The notes beneath the pieces were generated by a model. That model was not told the DNA's origin. It worked only from the letters and a program-made list of their open reading frames with translations, and ran no database searches. A stretch of DNA of 64,000 nucleotides from Aureliella sp. (GTDB lineage Bacteria; Planctomycetota; Planctomycetia; Pirellulales; Pirellulaceae), in the NCBI GenBank assembly GCA_963691875.1, contig OY829846.1:3136001-3200000 (forward strand). The letters run 5' to 3'. Of the stretch, positions 40,301 to 49,670 are shown piece by piece. The stretch's first letter is position 1. Each line of letters begins with the position of its first letter. Position numbers and translations under genes: made by a program.

Positions 40301-41640
40301 AAACTGCTCGGTTCATGGAACACCATAATCCGATCGGTCCAGGTGCCGTTACGGAGTACGACGATCTATTCCAGCTTTGCTTTACCTCGATGGTGCGTGC
40401 TGCGGTGCAGAATTCGCTACACACGCGAACGGCAGAGCTGAAGGGCATGCAGTCCGCCGAAGAAGCCGAAAAGGAAGAAGCGGCCGAGTCGAGGGAGGAA
40501 CTGTCACAGGATAGCGCTCAGCAATCCTTCCAGCTTGATTCGCTGCAGAACGCCCGGCTGGATCCAGAGCAATTGGTCACGCCGGACCTTGACCGGCACG
40601 ACGGTGAGGCTTTAAGCGAGCTGGAACCAATGAGTGAAGAACTCATCGCTGTGCTCGAACAACTCACCGAAGTGATGCTCAGCAGTTGGTTGGCTCACAG
40701 CAGAACCTTGCGATTGAGCGTTCTAGAAACCGTTGACAACTCGCGCAGCTGGAAACGGCTGGTGGAATTCATTCAACGCTACGGTGGATCCATCTTCAGC
40801 CAGTCCTTTTTGACATTAGGAAACGTCCGAGCGATCCTGCACCAAGGTGTCGGGCACTGGCTGGACCAGTTGATCGAAGAAGGGCAGGAAGAGCAGCTTG
40901 GTGACTTATTCGATGCCATCGACGGAGGGCAGATTGAACGCAAGCAAGTAGAAAAGATCTTAAGTGTTGTGCTTGAGGCTGTAATCGATCATTACAGCGA
41001 ATACCGTGACTACAACAGCACAACCACGCAGTCCGATCGCGGTGAGATGCTGTTTATGCTGCTCGATTTCTTGCGGCTGCGAGTCCGATATGACCGAGTT
41101 TCATGGAATTTGCAGCCGATTTACTGGACACATGAAGTGCTAGTACGAGGCGGATGCCATCAGACCGCCCAGCAGTGGCGCCGAGCTTTGGCCGAGCGGA
41201 TTGGTCGCGAAAGCGAGATGTACATCGAACACTTGCATGAGCTGCAAAAGAAATACGCGATGCGAATGCCAACGGTCGCGGATCGACTACATGAACGCTT
41301 CACACGACCAATGACAGTAGATCGAATGCGGGCTCTGGTAGGGCCTGCGATTCGCCAGTTCCGCGAAGTCGAATCATCCGACGCGTTTGAACTGCTGATC
41401 GACGAGTGCAAGCTAATGATGGAGCAGCCAACCGGTGTTGGCCTAGACATCCCGCAATGGTTGAGCAGTCTGGAAGAGGAAGTGGATTCCGTTTTGGAAG
41501 GCCAACGAGGATTCACGAACCGCCCACGCTACGATAAAGCCGTTCCATTCCGACAGCTCTCGAGTGAAGAAATACTTGAACAGCTAACTGCGGCTGCCAA
41601 GCAGATCAAAACATTGAATCTGACTGATGAACAAGGCTGA
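37366..41640 (+). CDS. large hypothetical protein (1424 aa), all-alpha-like
   Basis: Long uninterrupted ORF with motif-like blocks (LGYLNFS.G, DPRAYDFDHP, HFGQWDP, EYRDYNSTTTQSDRGE); no domain recognised. Confidence 0.8.
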   Translation: MDERSSEDKASQASDLVQVLGYLNFSSGKAELKTLAALNRIYARALPGGPFEGMPAWLQIQQWLQDELAKLHEGNTAFKDCAQAEALLELLWLNFLPAYLDFHRDLLFHQEPEGIFNGYFLGRAMESVLQQGGPWDETDRIVEGAIRQINDYVGYRPVAVLEGRRLEPYANEWVRPTPIYIAGIGATAGPYQAVVEKCMDILRETDEQILQQAGFDLERLDELAVDPRAYDFDHPVNQRPNYHFGQWDPHQIDNSGYYRRFVVQQVTLDALLARVYEYSEIPRDQLLSEGAAVLAGTILMASGITGPGPGAYTSTVTLASLLGPIAAYRDEFYEQLLVQLEGAHLDRLIEEQKIRRQPFGGARQHLNTHLAKHRASQLEHVQLARLFARMGHESAAKEQSDFVPVPAARIMSRLDCLMTAADHCLQLGELNKAAEISPQVIDLVHRGIECGGIVDPWNILGFTGNFARFDGPDSAVHDHRVEDLVQLMEYVFALQSRIWREAAAAGRDDLCKELESQLRESANWWRQFAAHEVSDVRATDPLETLESAVLVAKALTLWHADESTSGDIKFWAQHAELFDSPKAYTLVVEALLERGDFVASMGLLVHWLSQADRVGLQKGDDSFSDLARRWLQQLEHHLQRCEENKGEEKKEELPSTSSKPSHGFQVNWDLAQKFFDYLEANAEEYWQPPEFRLGKDYAKKEQLDTSGDDFEFLADKLEDEEDDIYGAAYEGVVYNDTTDDGVESEVPEEQSSETETSTELVDESNRLNQHLTFLTALAQMWKEAALSPHVREELRSGNDKADSRLSGMETWAAQAARNRHGLLQLLQEVAAFRIPRSSSDQDAMSRYDRQRLVKESLLERIIACAVETADARRLLLANLATFKNVAPTVAKELTDLPDDDRLAIETVGNLLHSKQDEVEKQFPRLLTALRPKKLLYIPLARGGDPGMIYSVRLRRRVMSHLLSWLPRQGFFQQACQLIETARFMEHHNPIGPGAVTEYDDLFQLCFTSMVRAAVQNSLHTRTAELKGMQSAEEAEKEEAAESREELSQDSAQQSFQLDSLQNARLDPEQLVTPDLDRHDGEALSELEPMSEELIAVLEQLTEVMLSSWLAHSRTLRLSVLETVDNSRSWKRLVEFIQRYGGSIFSQSFLTLGNVRAILHQGVGHWLDQLIEEGQEEQLGDLFDAIDGGQIERKQVEKILSVVLEAVIDHYSEYRDYNSTTTQSDRGEMLFMLLDFLRLRVRYDRVSWNLQPIYWTHEVLVRGGCHQTAQQWRRALAERIGRESEMYIEHLHELQKKYAMRMPTVADRLHERFTRPMTVDRMRALVGPAIRQFREVESSDAFELLIDECKLMMEQPTGVGLDIPQWLSSLEEEVDSVLEGQRGFTNRPRYDKAVPFRQLSSEEILEQLTAAAKQIKTLNLTDEQG

Positions 41641-41707
41641 GCTAGCTTGAAGTCAACGACGCTTAACCATATCTCTTGAAGTTCTCCTGCGAAACGAGTG
41701 TGAGACG

Positions 41708-43093
41708 ATGAGTAGTAATTGCTTTGATGTGATCGTCATTGGGACGGGGCCAGGCGGCGAAGGTGCTGCAATGCAGGCATCCAAAGAAGGCAAACGCGTC
41801 GCGGTGTTTGAGAAATACTCAAGAATCGGCGGTGGCTGCACTCACTGGGGAACGATCCCTAGTAAGGCCTTGCGTTTTTCAATCTACGCGATGATGGAAG
41901 CTCTGCAAAACCCGGTGGTCCGCGAACTCGGCGTGCGCGCCCAGCCGACTTTAGCCCAGCTTCGGGCGAGTAGTCGATCCATTATTGCCAAGCAAGAATC
42001 CATGCGCGAAATGTTCTATCAGCGCAATGGCGTACCCGTTGTTCATGGTACAGCTGGTTTTGTTGATGCGAACACAATTCAAATCGAAGATGGCACCCAG
42101 TACAAGGCTGATCATTTCGTGATCGCTACCGGTTCGCGTCCTTATCGCCCTGACTACGTCGACTTTGACCATCCACGAATTTATGACAGCGACACGATAC
42201 TGACTCTAGAAGAGCGCCCGCAGTCCATCACGATTTATGGCGCAGGTGTGATTGGTTGTGAGTACGCGTCGATGATGCGTAACCTTGGCATCAAAGTTAA
42301 TTTGGTGAATACACGCAGCGACTTGCTTGAGTTTCTCGACGACGAAATCTGCGATGCACTTTCCTACCATCTTCGTGATCAAGGTGTTTTGATTCGGCAT
42401 GATGAAGCCTGCGAGAAGGTAGAAGGTTGCGACGATGGTGTAGTGCTTCACCTGAAAAGCGGTAAGCAGATCAAGACCGACATCTTCCTTTGGTCCAACG
42501 GGCGAAGCGGCAATTACGAGGGATTGAATCTAGAGAATGTGGGCCTGGAGGTGAACAGTCGCGGACAACTACAGGTTGACGAGAACTTCCAGACCGGAGT
42601 AGAAAACATCTATGCCGTCGGCGACATCATTGGCTATCCATCGCTTGCAAGTGCGGCGTACATGCAAGGTAGAGCAGCGGCGCAGCAGATCACCGGATGC
42701 ACCGACACGTGTATGCGCATCACGGATATTCCCACTGGAATTTATACTTCGCCGGAGATTAGCTCCATCGGACGGACCGAGCGCGAGCTAACAGCCGACA
42801 ACGTGCCGTATGAAGTCGGGCACTCGCAGTTTAAGAGTATGGCTCGTGCTCAGATTACAGGACGCACAGTTGGTGTCCTTAAGATACTGTTCCACCGCGA
42901 GACACTTGAGGTACTCGGCGTCCATTGCTTTGGTGCCAACGCCTCGGAGATCATTCACATCGGTCAAGCCGTGATGAAGCAGCCTGCTCCGCACAACTCA
43001 ATAGAATACTTTGTTAACACCACCTTCAATTATCCTACGATGGCCGAGGCTTATCGAGTCGCAGCACTAAACGGCATGAATCGCCTATTTTAG
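41708..43093 (+). CDS. sthA: soluble Si-specific NAD(P)+ transhydrogenase
   Basis: [26 protein letters not shown] (no CxxxxC disulfide), [42 protein letters not shown]. Confidence 0.93.
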   Translation: MSSNCFDVIVIGTGPGGEGAAMQASKEGKRVAVFEKYSRIGGGCTHWGTIPSKALRFSIYAMMEALQNPVVRELGVRAQPTLAQLRASSRSIIAKQESMREMFYQRNGVPVVHGTAGFVDANTIQIEDGTQYKADHFVIATGSRPYRPDYVDFDHPRIYDSDTILTLEERPQSITIYGAGVIGCEYASMMRNLGIKVNLVNTRSDLLEFLDDEICDALSYHLRDQGVLIRHDEACEKVEGCDDGVVLHLKSGKQIKTDIFLWSNGRSGNYEGLNLENVGLEVNSRGQLQVDENFQTGVENIYAVGDIIGYPSLASAAYMQGRAAAQQITGCTDTCMRITDIPTGIYTSPEISSIGRTERELTADNVPYEVGHSQFKSMARAQITGRTVGVLKILFHRETLEVLGVHCFGANASEIIHIGQAVMKQPAPHNSIEYFVNTTFNYPTMAEAYRVAALNGMNRLF

Positions 43094-43218
43094 AGTAGCT
43101 AATAGCTCTTGCGGTTGGCAATTGGCGCTTCGCGATCGGTCGCGATGCTTGGATACTCAATTAGACAAGGACGACATGCCAGCGAGTGAGTCTCGACGAC
43201 CTCACTGCGGATTTGGAC

Positions 43219-43246
43219 GCCAAAAGTCTTAACGACTTCCGCTACG
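43219..43246 (-). repeat. dispersed REP-like repeat copy
   Basis: Reverse complement CGTAGCGGAAGTCGTTAAGACTTTTGGC; degenerate copies at ~35978-36002, ~43187-43209, ~43976-44001 and 47936-47956. Confidence 0.7.
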
Positions 43247-43341
43247 AGTTTGCGAACATGTGGCTGCCGAAATACGTCCGATAATCAGCCAACTGCGAAT
43301 CACTAATCGCCAACTGCTAAAAGAAGCCCAAAAGCGCTTTC

Positions 43342-43953
43342 ATGAATATTGCGATCGTTGACTATCAAATGGGAAACTTGCGAAGTGTCCAGAAAGCGCT
43401 GGAGCACGTGGGTTTCGAAGCGAGTGTAACTTCGGATCCTGATGAAATTCGCAAGGCCGATAAAGTTATTCTGCCAGGCGTTGGCGGCTTCGGCGATGCA
43501 ATCCGAGAGCTCAAATCACGGAACCTGGACGCGCCGATCGTCGAGTCCATCGAAGCGGGAAAGCCATTCCTAGGCATCTGCCTTGGCCTGCAGATGCTCT
43601 TCGAAGTCGGATTGGAGGGCGGAGAGCACACAGGCCTTGGAGTGCTGCCTGGCCGCGTCGAGCGTTTTCCTCCAATGGATCCCCTCAAAGTTCCGCACAT
43701 GGGTTGGAATCAACTTTCCATTGACAAGCAAGACTGCCCACTGCTACGTGGCATTCCAGAATCAGCATATTTTTATTTCGTTCACAGCTATTTTGTAAAG
43801 CCCGCCAAGTCCGATGTTCAGTGGCTTGGATGCGAGTACGGCATCCCGTTCTGTGCCGCAGTCTGGCGCGACAACATGTTCGCTACTCAGTTCCACCCTG
43901 AGAAGAGCCAAGAAAGCGGCTTGCAAATTTTGAAGAACTTTGGCGAGCTTTGA
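43342..43953 (+). CDS. hisH: imidazole glycerol phosphate synthase subunit HisH
   Basis: GNLRSV, LPGVG, GICLG.Q, PHMGWN, YFVHSY, QFHPEKS. Confidence 0.96.
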   Translation: MNIAIVDYQMGNLRSVQKALEHVGFEASVTSDPDEIRKADKVILPGVGGFGDAIRELKSRNLDAPIVESIEAGKPFLGICLGLQMLFEVGLEGGEHTGLGVLPGRVERFPPMDPLKVPHMGWNQLSIDKQDCPLLRGIPESAYFYFVHSYFVKPAKSDVQWLGCEYGIPFCAAVWRDNMFATQFHPEKSQESGLQILKNFGEL

Positions 43954-44291
43954 ACCACTGGCTTGGCGAAATCTTGTTGCAAAAGTTCTTAAGACTTTCG
44001 GTGGCCACGCCGACATAGGCCGATAATGAGCGAAGCGATGTTACAGCCTCCTCATACCCGGCAACTTCACCGCAGGACGTCCCAAAGCAAGCCGCCGCCG
44101 GCTGAAGGTTATCCAGCGATGGCGATTCGAGAAATAAAACGGAATGAATCCAAGACGGCCGATCCTCTCGCGACGACTTTTCGAACTCGCTGCCATGCGC
44201 TATCCTCTACGGCTATGCTTTTAGGACATTTCGAGTTCGGTGAGTCGTCGCGCCACAGCTTTCGCGGCAGATTGATAGATAGGAAGAATCT

Positions 44292-45014
44292 ATGAGTGAT
44301 TTGGCTGGTCGCAAGGTAGTTATCGTTGGGGGCGGCACCGGAATGGGGCGTGCTACGGCCGAGAGCCTGGCTGCTGCTGGAGCTGAAGTATTAATCGGCG
44401 GACGCCGGCAAGCTGTCTTGGATGAGGTTGCAGGAGGCACTTCCATCAAGACTCGGACGATCGATGTTTCGAATCGTGAGGACACCAATACCTTCTTCGC
44501 CTGGGCTCATGAAGAACTAGGGCACATCGATGTGATGATGAATGCTGCAGGGATAAATATCAAAAACCGCAGCATGGCTGAGATGTCGCCCGAGCAGTGG
44601 GATCAAGTCTTGGCGATCAATGCGACCGGTGCCTACAACTGTATGCACGCAACGCTGCCATCGATGCGTGAGCGAAAAGAAGGGCTGATCATCAACGTGA
44701 CCTCGGTCGCCGGTAAAAGAGCAATCGCACTTGGCGGCATTGCCTATTCCGCCAGCAAATTTGCGATGACCTCGCTTGGCACATGTGTCGCGAATGAAGT
44801 CGCCGAAGACGGAATTCGGATCACCAATGTCTACCCCGGTGAAGTAAACACTCCGTTGCTCGAGCAACGCCCGACTGCAGTGAGCGAAGAACACAAGCAA
44901 CGCATCTTGCAGCCTGAACATGTCGCTGCCGCGTTAGTCTCACTCATTGCCTTGCCTACCGAAGTGCACATACCGGAACTGGTCATCAAGCCACTTTCTC
45001 AAGGCTGGTACTGA
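44292..45014 (+). CDS. SDR family oxidoreductase
   Basis: GGGTGMG, NAAG, S...YSASK, PG.V.T. Confidence 0.92.
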   Translation: MSDLAGRKVVIVGGGTGMGRATAESLAAAGAEVLIGGRRQAVLDEVAGGTSIKTRTIDVSNREDTNTFFAWAHEELGHIDVMMNAAGINIKNRSMAEMSPEQWDQVLAINATGAYNCMHATLPSMRERKEGLIINVTSVAGKRAIALGGIAYSASKFAMTSLGTCVANEVAEDGIRITNVYPGEVNTPLLEQRPTAVSEEHKQRILQPEHVAAALVSLIALPTEVHIPELVIKPLSQGWY

Positions 45015-45218
45015 CCAGCAGTAGCGGGGCGCGCCAAACGCTTTGGATTCAGTGGGTCTGCCGATAGTCCTAACTAAATCCCTAGCCTCCTTCGGGCTCC
45101 AACAATCGATGCGGACAGTTCAGGTCGCGAAGGTGTATCCTCTTCGATAAAATAGGATTCGCTTTTCACCACTGCCGATGGAACGCTGTATGTTCCCCAA
45201 TGTATATTTCGACCGCAC

Positions 45219-45635
45219 TTGGCTATCGATGATTCGCGTGACGACCGTCAATGCCCTCGATGCAATAAAGATTTCGAAGCAATCTTCGAACGTGAAGCAT
45301 GCCCCAACTGCAGTCTCTTCTTTCGCCGAGATCGTAACGCGCAACCAATCGGCATCACGCCAACTTTTGTCACGCCTTTGCAGTTCGAACCTGTAGACGA
45401 ACTTTGCGCTTCGTCGTTTGAGACAATCCATTTCGGTGGCGGCCCAATTTTTCAATCTGATCGTAATGGTGCCTATCCCGACCTCGCTACTGTCCATTCT
45501 CAGCTGCTTGCGAAATTCGAAGCCATAACCCGCTCAATTCGCCCTCATCTTCCGAACAACGCGTCATCTGATTGTGAAGCTAGTTCACTTGCGGATTATG
45601 ATAGCCATGCGATCTCAGCAAAACTCGTTGCTTAG
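45219..45635 (+). CDS. hypothetical protein with CxxC...CxxC zinc-ribbon-like motif (possibly degraded)
   Basis: CPRC-x14-CPNC; TTG start with no clear RBS. Confidence 0.35.
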   Translation: MAIDDSRDDRQCPRCNKDFEAIFEREACPNCSLFFRRDRNAQPIGITPTFVTPLQFEPVDELCASSFETIHFGGGPIFQSDRNGAYPDLATVHSQLLAKFEAITRSIRPHLPNNASSDCEASSLADYDSHAISAKLVA

Positions 45636-46000
45636 GATCATGGCAACAGACACTATCAGCTCGTCTGCTAACTTACACATGATTGCGGCTCAGTTGATGA
45701 CGTTGTTGATCGCAATGTGGAATGGCATTCGCAAGACAGACATCAAGGTCGCTAAACGAGGAGTGCACTTCGCTCTAAGTCCCGCTTTTATGCGAACGTT
45801 CTCCCGATCCGACACTTCCGCTCAACCATAATCAGCAGTCCGCTGGACAGCGGTTCCAGTGATCGGTCTTGGCGCTAGCCGCCGGTTCTTGAGTTCGTCA
45901 TACATCACCTATGCGGAAACTGCCGAAACAACTCCTGCCTGCTCGCGAGAAGCCCGAGGCATCAGGACGTGCGGCTCAATCTAGTACAGGAGATCACTGC

Positions 46001-47719
46001 TTACTCATCAGCCGCCTTCTCAGCGATCTTTGATTCCCATTCATCCAGTGGCGGACGGGCAGGCTTGGGCGGCATGGCAGCCTGCAGTTCGTGGCCAACA
46101 TGCAAAAGCTTGGACTCTTGGTAGGCAGCTGCCGTTAGCTTCACGACACCAGGTAGTTCAATATCTCGAGACTTGTCAGCCCCACAAGCCACCACAATCG
46201 ACGGATGCCCGGTGAGATTGGTTAGCAACAAGTCATTAGCTCCGATGACCACATCCACTTGAGCGAACTTTTCTTCTGCTTCCGCCACCATCTGGCTTCG
46301 CATCCGATTGGCTCGCAAGTATTGCACCGCCGGGGTGAACTGGGCCTCGCGGAATGTGCGAGGCCAAAGTCCATAGTCGGCGTTTTGGTCTTCGCGAAAC
46401 GCATCGTCGAACACGGTGGTCGCTTCGACACCCAGAATGAAACTCATCGCACTGGTCGGAAGCGTGCTCGTCAGATCCAACTCGACAACTTTTGCTCCCT
46501 CGGCTTCCAGAAACGCAAGAGCATTTTTCTCGGCGGAGGCCATGCGATCTCCCGTCACACCGACTTTCAGCGATTTTAAGCTGTGCTCCACCGGCCACTT
46601 AAACCCGCGTTCCACCAAAGTCGGATCCTTGCCATCTTGGCCCAGCAAAGCAGGGAAAACCAAGGCGAGATCTTCGATGTGCCGAGCGATGGGGCCAATC
46701 TTATCCATCGACCATGACAACGGCATGCATCCAGCACGACTCACTCGGCCAAACGTGGGCCTCAATCCACTTGTCCGACAACGGCGCGTTGGAGAGACGA
46801 TGCTGCCAAGCGTCTCACTTCCTAGTGCAAAAGAGGCGAGTCCCGCAGCGATGGCAGAAGCACTTCCCGCCGATGATCCGCTGCTGCCTTGCTCTGGATT
46901 CCATGGATTGCGAGTCGTTCCGCCGAACCATTTGTCACCCCAAGCAAGTGCTCCAAGCGTGACCTTGGCCATCAACACCGCGCCAGCTTGCTCGAGTTTT
47001 TCCGCAACGGTGGCGGTTGTGTTTCGCACCTGATCCTTGAAAGGCTCTGCTCCCCACGTAGTCTTCCATGGAGGAACAGCCACCAGATCCTTGGCCAGCC
47101 ATGGAATCCCATCCAGCACTCCGCGAGTCTCGCCTTTTGCCCGCCGCTCATCCGACGCATCTGACTGCTTCAGCGCGTGTTCTTCCAACATCGTGACGAC
47201 GCACTTGAGCAAGGGATCGTATTTTTTCAAACGTCCGAGGTAGAGTTCTGTCAATTCACGACTCGAGATCTCCTTGCGAGCCAGCAAAGATGCTTGCTCA
47301 CTAATACGAGCGAACGCAAGATCTTCGTCACTACCTCGTCTCGCAGCATCAGCGATAGAAAAGGCAACTTGGAGTCCGCTGTGCTCGGCAGATTCCGGGT
47401 TTGTTTGCCGATAGAAGAAGTCGGGGCGAAAGACAAGGGCGGGTACGGAGTCCGCATCAACAGGTTGTTCTCTAAGTCTTTGGGCAGAGCGCAGCGTGCC
47501 GCCAATAGCTGATGCAACATCTTCACGTTCTTCGTCGCTGAGTTCGATGCCAGCGATCCATTCCGAAGCGCCGATCATGTCCTTTGTGATCTTTCCCGAT
47601 TGCGCGACTTGAGCTGCAAGGCTACGATGAAAAACGGTCGTGCCGATTCCTAATCCTCCGAGACAGGCGAGGAATTGCCGCCGTGGATTTCCGCTGGCTG
47701 CTTGGTTTGTGTCAGGCAT
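46001..47719 (-). CDS. Tat-exported amidase-signature enzyme
   Basis: Twin-arginine PRRQFL; KDL, GSSGSSAGS, GSETLGSI..P, GLRPTFGRVSR; GAGGA RBS before ATG 47719. Confidence 0.9.
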   Translation of the reverse strand: MPDTNQAASGNPRRQFLACLGGLGIGTTVFHRSLAAQVAQSGKITKDMIGASEWIAGIELSDEEREDVASAIGGTLRSAQRLREQPVDADSVPALVFRPDFFYRQTNPESAEHSGLQVAFSIADAARRGSDEDLAFARISEQASLLARKEISSRELTELYLGRLKKYDPLLKCVVTMLEEHALKQSDASDERRAKGETRGVLDGIPWLAKDLVAVPPWKTTWGAEPFKDQVRNTTATVAEKLEQAGAVLMAKVTLGALAWGDKWFGGTTRNPWNPEQGSSGSSAGSASAIAAGLASFALGSETLGSIVSPTRRCRTSGLRPTFGRVSRAGCMPLSWSMDKIGPIARHIEDLALVFPALLGQDGKDPTLVERGFKWPVEHSLKSLKVGVTGDRMASAEKNALAFLEAEGAKVVELDLTSTLPTSAMSFILGVEATTVFDDAFREDQNADYGLWPRTFREAQFTPAVQYLRANRMRSQMVAEAEEKFAQVDVVIGANDLLLTNLTGHPSIVVACGADKSRDIELPGVVKLTAAAYQESKLLHVGHELQAAMPPKPARPPLDEWESKIAEKAADE

Positions 47720-48145
47720 GAGAATTTCCTCAAGGAATGGCGAGTAGCTATCTGCTTCTGTCCGCATCATCGTATTTCGCGGCGTTCGCTAAGCCTACTC
47801 CACTTCGGTTTGGTGAGGAATGGAGTTTCGGAGGCTTCAGTCCAACACCCGTCACGTAACTCTACTCCCCCTCGAAATTCGACATTCCGTATTCAAAATT
47901 CGATGTTCAATCTTTCTCCGAACTAGCCCGTAAGTGCCAAAAGTCTTGACGAATTCAGACCCTAGAAGCCTCCGATACGGGATACACCGTTGTAGACGCG
48001 CAAACTGCCAGTTGTGAAGCACAAAATGCCACCCCGAGCTTTGCCATTGCCCGCGAGCATGTCTCAATCATCCCTTTCTCACTCAATCTTCGGGCTTTGG
48101 TTGTTCTCGCACTCGTCGTGAAATTTATAATGTTCAATGGAAATT

Positions 48146-48185
48146 GCTTGGCATGAATGTTGCTAGCTTGGCATGAATGTTGCTA
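48146..48185 (+). promoter_or_regulatory. two tandem sigma54 (-24/-12) promoter motifs within an exact 20-bp direct repeat
   Basis: (GCTTGGCATGAATGTTGCTA)x2; each copy has TGGCA-N6-TTGC with canonical GG-N10-GC spacing; about 155 bp upstream of ORF 48342. Confidence 0.65.
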
Positions 48186-48341
48186 ACATGTCTGCTCCGT
48201 AACTTTCAGCAGCACGATCGCTTGAATTCGCAAGTTGCTTGATAAGCGAAGTGCTAATCCAACGACTCCCTCGAAACCGGGAGAGCGAAAAGTTGATCGA
48301 GTTAGGCCGGGCCCGACCCATCATTCTTTTCCATTAGAGAA

Positions 48342-49472
48342 ATGAAGAAATCCATGCGATTAATGCATCGAAACATATTAGCCGCCACCGCGTTTGCCTT
48401 ACTTTTCTCATCCGTGGCTTCGGCTCAGCAGCAAACGTCCACCGATCTCCCGTCATGGAAAAAATCGATGAATCGCGGAGTGGAATATCTCCGTGTGCGT
48501 GGTCAAGCAACTGATGGATCGTTTTCGGGTAGCACCGGCATTGGACCAACGGGATTGGTTGTAAGCGCGCTATTGCACTCGGGACTGACTAAGCAAGATC
48601 CGATGGTCTCCAAGGGATTGAAGTACTTGGAGAAGCATGTCCAGGCGGATGGCGGCATCTACGCTAAGAATTCTCTTCACCGAAACTACGACACCTGCAT
48701 TGCCATGATTGCCTTTTCAAAAGCAAATCAAGACGGAAGTTACTCTGCGATAGTCAATCGCGCGGAGCTCTTCGTGAAGCAGATTCAAATGGACGATTCA
48801 GAGGGCCGCACGGCTAGCGATTTGGACTTTGGCGGAGCAGGCTACGGCAAGCATCAGCGGCCTGACCTTTCGAATACAACTTACCTGGTCGACGCCTTGC
48901 ACGAGCTGGGACGCGGCTCCGATGACGAAGCGATCCAAAAGGCGCTGGCATTTGTGTCACGTTGCCAAAATCTAGAAGGGCCGCACAACAATTCTCCTCA
49001 TGCTGCCAAAATCAACGACGGAGGCTTTTATTACACCGTTGCAAACGGTGGCGAAACGAAGGCGGGAACCACGGAAAATGGCGGGTTGCGGAGTTATGGC
49101 TCGATGACGTATGCAGGGCTAAAGAGCATGATTTATGCAGGGCTTTCGAAGGACGATCCGCGCGTAGCAGCTGCGGTCGAGTTTTTGCGAAAGCACTATA
49201 GTTTGGAAAAGAATCCAGGCATGGACCAACAAGGGCTCTTTTACTATTACCATACGATGGCCAAGGCCTTGGACGCTTTGGGGGGGGATGAGTTTGTGGA
49301 TGCCAAAGGCGTGAAGCACTCCTGGCGTACTGAGATGCGCCAGAAACTTTTCTCGATTCAGCAAGAAGATGGCAGTTGGCTCAATCCAACCACGCGTTGG
49401 ATGGAAGGTGATCCGAATCTGGTCACCGCATACACCTTGATGGCTCTCAAGTATTGTGAGCCGAAGAAGTAG
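48342..49472 (+). CDS. secreted prenyltransferase/squalene-cyclase-repeat protein
   Basis: Signal peptide; QW-like repeats Q..DGSF, QADGG, QQEDGSW; RPDLSNT; no DXDD motif seen. Confidence 0.8.
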   Translation: MKKSMRLMHRNILAATAFALLFSSVASAQQQTSTDLPSWKKSMNRGVEYLRVRGQATDGSFSGSTGIGPTGLVVSALLHSGLTKQDPMVSKGLKYLEKHVQADGGIYAKNSLHRNYDTCIAMIAFSKANQDGSYSAIVNRAELFVKQIQMDDSEGRTASDLDFGGAGYGKHQRPDLSNTTYLVDALHELGRGSDDEAIQKALAFVSRCQNLEGPHNNSPHAAKINDGGFYYTVANGGETKAGTTENGGLRSYGSMTYAGLKSMIYAGLSKDDPRVAAAVEFLRKHYSLEKNPGMDQQGLFYYYHTMAKALDALGGDEFVDAKGVKHSWRTEMRQKLFSIQQEDGSWLNPTTRWMEGDPNLVTAYTLMALKYCEPKK

Positions 49473-49505
49473 CCTTGAGGCTGCTCATGGAGTTCCGGAA
49501 CAAGC

Positions 49506-49655
49506 ATGGAAACACCGATTCGCTACGCCGCCTTGTTGATCTTTCTGATCATTGTAGTTGCTGTCGCCTTTGCGCTCAGTGATGGCATCCCGATCGGACG
49601 AGGTGGCGGTGGTGGACCAATTGTAGAAGGTTCGCTGCACAAAACATTTCTGTAG
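49506..49655 (+). CDS. small single-TM protein (49 aa), not in ORF track
   Basis: METPIRYAALLIFLIIVVAVAFALSDGIPIGRGGGGGPIVEGSLHKTFL; fills the gap between two co-directional genes. Confidence 0.55.
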   Translation: METPIRYAALLIFLIIVVAVAFALSDGIPIGRGGGGGPIVEGSLHKTFL

Positions 49656-49670
49656 CTAGGTCTGAATCGT

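Noticed and set aside
43095..47910. Degenerate ~7-nt periodic tracts (43095-43125, 43286-43320, 47872-47910) and a decayed palindromic element near 45860-45980
   Set aside because: Too short and degenerate to define a unit by eye; needs a genome-wide search.
48146..48185. CRISPR array
   Set aside because: Only two abutting 20-bp copies with no spacers and no cas genes.
48342..49472. Squalene-hopene or oxidosqualene cyclase
   Set aside because: Only 376 aa with a signal peptide and no DXDD/DCTAE catalytic motif; it has the repeat fold only.
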